From Paraspadella gotoi (taxonomy: Eukaryota > Animalia > Chaetognatha): a stretch of 64,000 nucleotides of DNA. Location: contig CM119263.1 in the NCBI GenBank assembly GCA_051294375.1, forward strand, positions 30,319,376 to 30,383,375. Direction: 5' to 3'. Position numbers and translations under genes: made by a program. The notes under the pieces were generated by a model. It had not been told where the DNA came from and did no database searches. It was given only the letters and a program-made list of their open reading frames with translations. Of this stretch, positions 59,101-64,000 are shown piece by piece. How positions within the stretch are numbered: position 1 is the first letter of the stretch; every line of letters begins with the position of its first letter.

Positions 59101-59285
59101 CAGAACTCAGCGAGAGGAGACAAATCAAAGCTGAAGCGACCCACCTCCTGCAACCTCGCCTCTTCCTTGATCGGCTTAATCTTGGCCGGCTCCAACGGTT
59201 CGATCATCTGGTCCAATCCTCTGGGATTCCAGTTCTCCGTCGCCGGGACGCGTTTCTGATGATTCGGAGGTGGAAATCGCGGCAT
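56123..59285 (-). CDS. Uncharacterised low-complexity protein with two AT-hook motifs
   Basis: Multi-exon GT-AG model from MPRFPPPNHQ...; RKRGRPR and KKPRGRPR; SP-rich repeats. Start and end uncertain. Confidence 0.6.
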
Positions 59286-59789
59286 TTTTCCGAGATGAAA
59301 CCACTTTTTACCATTAAAGGCTGATAATCGAATGTCCCAACAGATTAAATTAAATGACACGCGGAATATGACTTGTTGAAGACGCTGTCTGATTCCGATG
59401 CGAGAAAAAAGGCTTCTTTATTGTCACTAATTTAGACCGGTGATTGTTTACAATGATCGAAAAAGAAGGGCAAAAAAATAAAGGGGATAAAATTCAAGTA
59501 CCCCTACTATTGGCTAATTCCAATTTTCAAAGCAGGTGATAATACTATGGCGATAACAGAGACGTAAGTACAATAATTGTCTTTGTAGGAAGTTCTGAAT
59601 CCGCCAGTAGAATTGTCAACGACATGATACAATTTTTTTTCTGTAAAGGAAAAGATAAAAACAACATGAATATAAAATATTGTGATACAATCGCGTTTTG
59701 ATATGAGTCTCCCTCACCATCGCGTTTTCCCACCCGCCGAACCGGAGGCGGCCATACTCTTTCCTGGTTCAGCGGCCAAATCATTTCCC

Positions 59790-60176
59790 GCCAATCGGAG
59801 CTCTCAATGAAAACAGAGGATTTAGAGGATTTTTATAGTTTTTTTGAAGAAACCCCTACAGGACATTATTACAATATCGGGAATTATAAAAATATAATTA
59901 CATTTATAAACTTACTAAAAGATATGGTTTTACGAAAAACTTTTTGATTTATAGACGATATTTCCCTAGTTAATTATTGTTGAAGCGTCAAGGTTAAAAA
60001 TTGCGTTCTCATGCACTCTACGTTGATTGGCTAATCTTTAACTTATCCGATTGTCCTCCACCAATTATAAACGCGTTGAAGTGTATCGTGTTCGATTATT
60101 GGATCTCAAATCCGACGAATAGAAAAGCGGAAAAATTCGGTTCAACCAATCAGAATCGCGCCCGTCGCCTAGCGAC
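59790..60176. promoter_or_regulatory. Probable bidirectional promoter with several CCAAT boxes and an RFX X-box-like palindrome (60164-60176)
   Basis: CCAAT/ATTGG at about 59791, 60026, 60061, 60098 and 60146; GTCGCCTAGCGAC about 270 bp upstream of the CFAP45 ATG. Confidence 0.5.
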
Positions 60177-60446
60177 ATCGTCAACTAACGAAGGAACGGA
60201 AAACACAAACAGGCTCACTTACCCAGTTACCATTATTATACTTTCGAAATTTAAGAATAAGGTTACAGTTGTAGTTTATAAAGCTGTTAAAGAAAAACTA
60301 GCGTTCTAAATTTTGACAATAGCATAATTTTCCTCCCTACAACTAACTTCTCTCGAAAAATGCATCGTGATATTGATCTAATCTAGTATTAAAGCAAAAT
60401 TTATCGTAAAAATTAGAAAAAAACTTCATCGCATTTACGGGACGCA

Positions 60447-62904
60447 ATGGTAAGAAAATCGAATTGAATTGAATTGAATTGAATGCCATTTCTATTCCCT
60501 AAATTTTATTTTTAATCTTTTGAAAAAAAATTAGCCTTCGAGTGGCGAAGCGTCCGTCGCTACGGCGAAATCTTTTTCCTCCCGGCGTTCTGTCGGTCGA
60601 TACAGAACCGTCGCTCACGCCTCCAAAGTGGACGAGGCTCTCTTCGGTCGTCCGCTCAACAAACAGGTTCGAACATTACCATTTTCCGGACCATCAATCA
60701 ATCAATCACTCATTCGATCCTTCTCCATACAGTTCATCGATCAGCGTCGCAAGGAGAGAATGAATCGAGAACTGGCCGACTTTCCCATCATCCAAGATGC
60801 GCTGGAAAAGAAGCAGCAGCGTCAGGCCGACGCAGATCGGGAGATCTACAATGTCGTCACTAAAGATCTCGTCCGGAAACTCAAGTCAGTGAAATCGGAA
60901 TAACGTGGGAGGGATTAAATATTCTTTTAGTGAACTAAAAAGGTTTCGTTAATTTTTGCTTGTGAATAGGTATTGGAGAAATCATACATGTGTGGCAGCA
61001 AGACTTAAAGCTGCCTCACTGCTGTCCATCCTCAGCCTCGTCTCAATGGCTGAGCAGGCTAAATCATCTCATTCCATCCGTGCGTCCCGGGTTCAATCCC
61101 CGGGTATCCCGGTTCTGGCTTAAATGTGACGGTGCCGGTATAAACATGCCAGTGACAGGAGGCGGTCACTGAGGGTCCGCAGCCCCTACGCCAGTTAGTG
61201 AGATACCCCGCGCCCCGGGTATCACAGGCTATCCTCCCGTTGCCATAAGTGGTGAGCCCTACTATCGAACACGCAACCGTTGCGCACCGTGCGCCCACGC
61301 TTACATCGCTTAGGGTATGCATATCACGCCTATGCCCTACTTCTCTGGTAACGCTCCAGACTCGCTCGCTCGCTCGCCCGCTCGCTCTCACTATGGCAAT
61401 GAGATCAAAACCTTCTCTCAGACATCTCCTCAGGATTGAGGCCCCTGTGGAGAAGTCTGGTGGGGGGATCCTGTGGCAGCAAGACTTAAAGCTGCCTCAC
61501 TGCTGTCCATCCTCAGCCTCGTCTCAATGGCTGAGCAGGCTAAATCATCTCATTCCATCCATGCGTCCCGGGTTCAATCCCTGGGTATCCCATTTCTGGC
61601 TTAAATGTGACGGTGCCGGTATAAACATGCCAGTGACAGGAGGCGGTCACTGAGGGTCCGCAGCCCCTACGCCAGTTAGTGAGATACCCCGCGCCCCGGG
61701 TATCACAGGCTATCCTCCCGTTGCCATACATGTCAATATCATGCACTTGAAAAAGTTTATCGTCGCTTATCCGATTTCCTTTCTTCATGACATTGTTTAC
61801 TCTGAAAAGTGAATTGTTTTCGAGTACAGGGTGCCGCGTGAGGCGCCACCGGGACACAACGTCATGATCGACGCGCTTGAATTGGGGAGAATCAAGAACA
61901 ACGCGCGCGTCATCACCGACGCAGAGATGGAGGCCAACGCCAAGAAGCTCAAGGAAATCAACGAGCTCATGGAGGTTTGTTGTAGTTGTTGTTGTTGTCG
62001 TTGAAGTGTGAGGACGACAGATGGGGGTTAGGTTTCGATCATAATAAACAAAATACGATTGAATGTTTTCGATTTCCGCTTCTGTTTTCCCTCAGCTGCC
62101 ACCCGAGGGCGGTTGCCCGAAGATGCTGTGATCTTTCGCCTTTGAGCATTTCTTAGAAATCGATATTGATTTTCAAATCTTTTTTTATCTGATGAGTCAA
62201 TGAGGGGAAAATACAAACGGAAATCGATTCTTCGAAAATAGTGACTTTTTTTTTTGAAAGGAACTTTAGAAATTAGACATTAGATGAATTATGTTTCTTA
62301 CTCCAGCATGACTGAGTATCTCTTTCATTCCTTCTTTCTTGTTGTTTATCTTTCTTTCTCTCTCTCTTTCTATCCATTATTGTTCAAATCCTCCCACACA
62401 TTCCCCACCGCCACCATCCCCTTTGCCCCAATCTCCCCTCCGTCACCCCCACAGGACCAAGCCCACGAACGCAAGAAGCAACTTAAGGACTTCGACCTCG
62501 TCCGCGGTCACAACGAGCAGCTCAACGACCTGGAGGAGGAGGCGAAGAAGAAGGCGGAGGCGCTGCTGCAGATGGCGGAGCGGCAGCGGATGGAGCAGGA
62601 GGACGAGATCAAGCATCTCAACGAGCTCATCCAAGAAGCCAAGTGTCACGCCATCAGGGACATGCAAGTCGTCGAACGACAGCAGATCAGCAACGAGATC
62701 AGTGAGGATTAATTGCAGTTTGATTGGACTGATTGATCGAATGGTTGAATCGCTAATTGATGACGTAATTGATGATGTAATGATTGACTGAAGTGATGAA
62801 TGATTGACTAGTTGATTTACTTATTCGTTTACGTATGTTTGATTAAAATATTTATTGGTTGATTTATAGAGTTGATTGAGGGATCAATTGAATCTTTTAT
62901 CTAT

Positions 62905-62955
<51 letters not shown>

Positions 62956-64000
62956 TTTGTCTCTAATCTCAGAGTCGGAAGAGAATCGTTTGGACCAAAT
63001 GATGGAAGCGGAGAGACTTAATTCCATCCGAGTTCAGGAGGCGATGGAGGAAAGGAAAAAAATGGAGCGGATGGAGGTAAGTTAATGAATGAAGAGGAGG
63101 AGGCGAGGAAGTGGTAAGGGTTAAAATAAATCAAATATGCAAAATAATAAAGGAGATTATTGCCTCATTAATCTTTCGAATAATACGTCTAATAATGAAA
63201 ATAGATCGCTTTGTTCGAGGCCGCTTGTATTTTAGATTATTTTAAGCATCGTTTACTTCCATGTTTTAAATTTTGTTTCTTCCACTGTTTTGTCCTCCGT
63301 TTCTTTCTCAGTCTTGTCCTCTGTTTTATCCTCTGTTTTCTCAGCCTGGCCTCGTTTCGTTTCCAGGGCGCGGCGGTGATCGTGCAGCAAATCAAAGAGA
63401 ACGAAGAGCAACGAGTCCTGGACATGGAGAAGAAAGATCGGGAGAAGGAGGCCGTCAGAGGTCACCTCAAGGAATTGCACAATGAGGACCTCAAGATTAT
63501 AGAGAAGAGGAGGATGGATCAGTTCAAGCTCAAGTGAGAAGACGACGACGTCGACGACAAAGACGACGACGACGAAAGTCGATCCTGACTGACGTCGTCG
63601 TCGTTGTTGTTCTTGTTAATTCTCTCCCTAATTTGATTTGAGACGATGGAAGATGATTAGAGATGATTAGAGATAATGGAAAAAGAGAGCCTATCATTTA
63701 AAAAAAAAAAAGAAGAACGAAAGCTAAAAAGAAACGCTGAGCTTTAATATTGAACTTTGGAAGCGCCATTTTTTTTTATTTCTTTTTCTTCTCAATGGTT
63801 TAGTTAATCTAAAAGTTTACTAACCGGTCTTTATACAATCATACAAGACCCTCAACATTCCCCGCCCGCCTCAATCACCACCCCTACCCCTCATCTCCAT
63901 CCACACCTCCCCCTCTCCCCTCTCCTCCCCCCTCCTCTCTAGACAAGAGCTTGACGTCGCCAATCAGGAGATCATGAGACAAAGGCAACTCATGAAGGAG
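60447..64000 (+). CDS. CFAP45: Cilia- and flagella-associated protein 45 (continues off the right edge)
   Basis: ATG|intron|PSSGEAS...RYRTVAHASKVDEALFG, VVTKDLVRKL, RMEQEDEIKHLNELIQEAKCHAIRDMQ, EENRLDQMMEAER. Confidence 0.9.
60991..61728 (+). mobile_element. TRIM-like miniature LTR retrotransposon in a CFAP45 intron
   Basis: Two 257-bp direct repeats (60991-61247 and 61472-61728; 4 substitutions), TGTGGCA...TGCCATA ends, CATG target-site duplication, PBS-like TGGTGAGCCC at 61250, G-rich tract before the 3' LTR, 224-bp internal region. Confidence 0.88.
62900..62958. repeat. (TTTA)n microsatellite
   Basis: About 14 tandem ATTT units in a CFAP45 intron. Confidence 0.9.

Noticed and set aside
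60990-61857. ORFs in the duplicated 257-bp repeats
   Set aside because: They lie in LTR and internal sequence and show no recognisable domain.

Overview
Compact, intron-rich eukaryotic (probably invertebrate animal) genomic DNA with three N gaps. Minus-strand genes, left to right: a Patched/SSD-domain gene (partial, present twice), ribophorin I (RPN1), DIS3, centlein-like, TFIIS, a cyclophilin B/C-like PPIase, EB1/MAPRE, MLH1, WDR11, PUM3, a C2H2 zinc-finger gene and an AT-hook protein gene. Plus-strand genes: a rhodanese plus dual-specificity (MKP-type) phosphatase and CFAP45. The main observation is that the phosphatase appears split inside its rhodanese motif (AHVK/G-AINI) by a 24.55-kb intron holding seven complete antisense housekeeping genes. 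Several head-to-tail gene pairs have apparently unpaired splice acceptors about 105-135 nt after the upstream stop codon, which suggests operons resolved by trans-splicing. A gag-only DIRS-type element (ITRs, ICR, AATT crossover core) lies in the last RPN1 intron; its ICR sits in a predicted gag intron, and matching termini flank two assembly gaps. Introns also host candidate C/D snoRNAs (three U24-like) and H/ACA snoRNAs, MITEs and a TRIM-like mini LTR element. The 5.8-kb duplication at the left end is probably an assembly artefact. Identifications come from manual translation and recalled family motifs; no searches were run.
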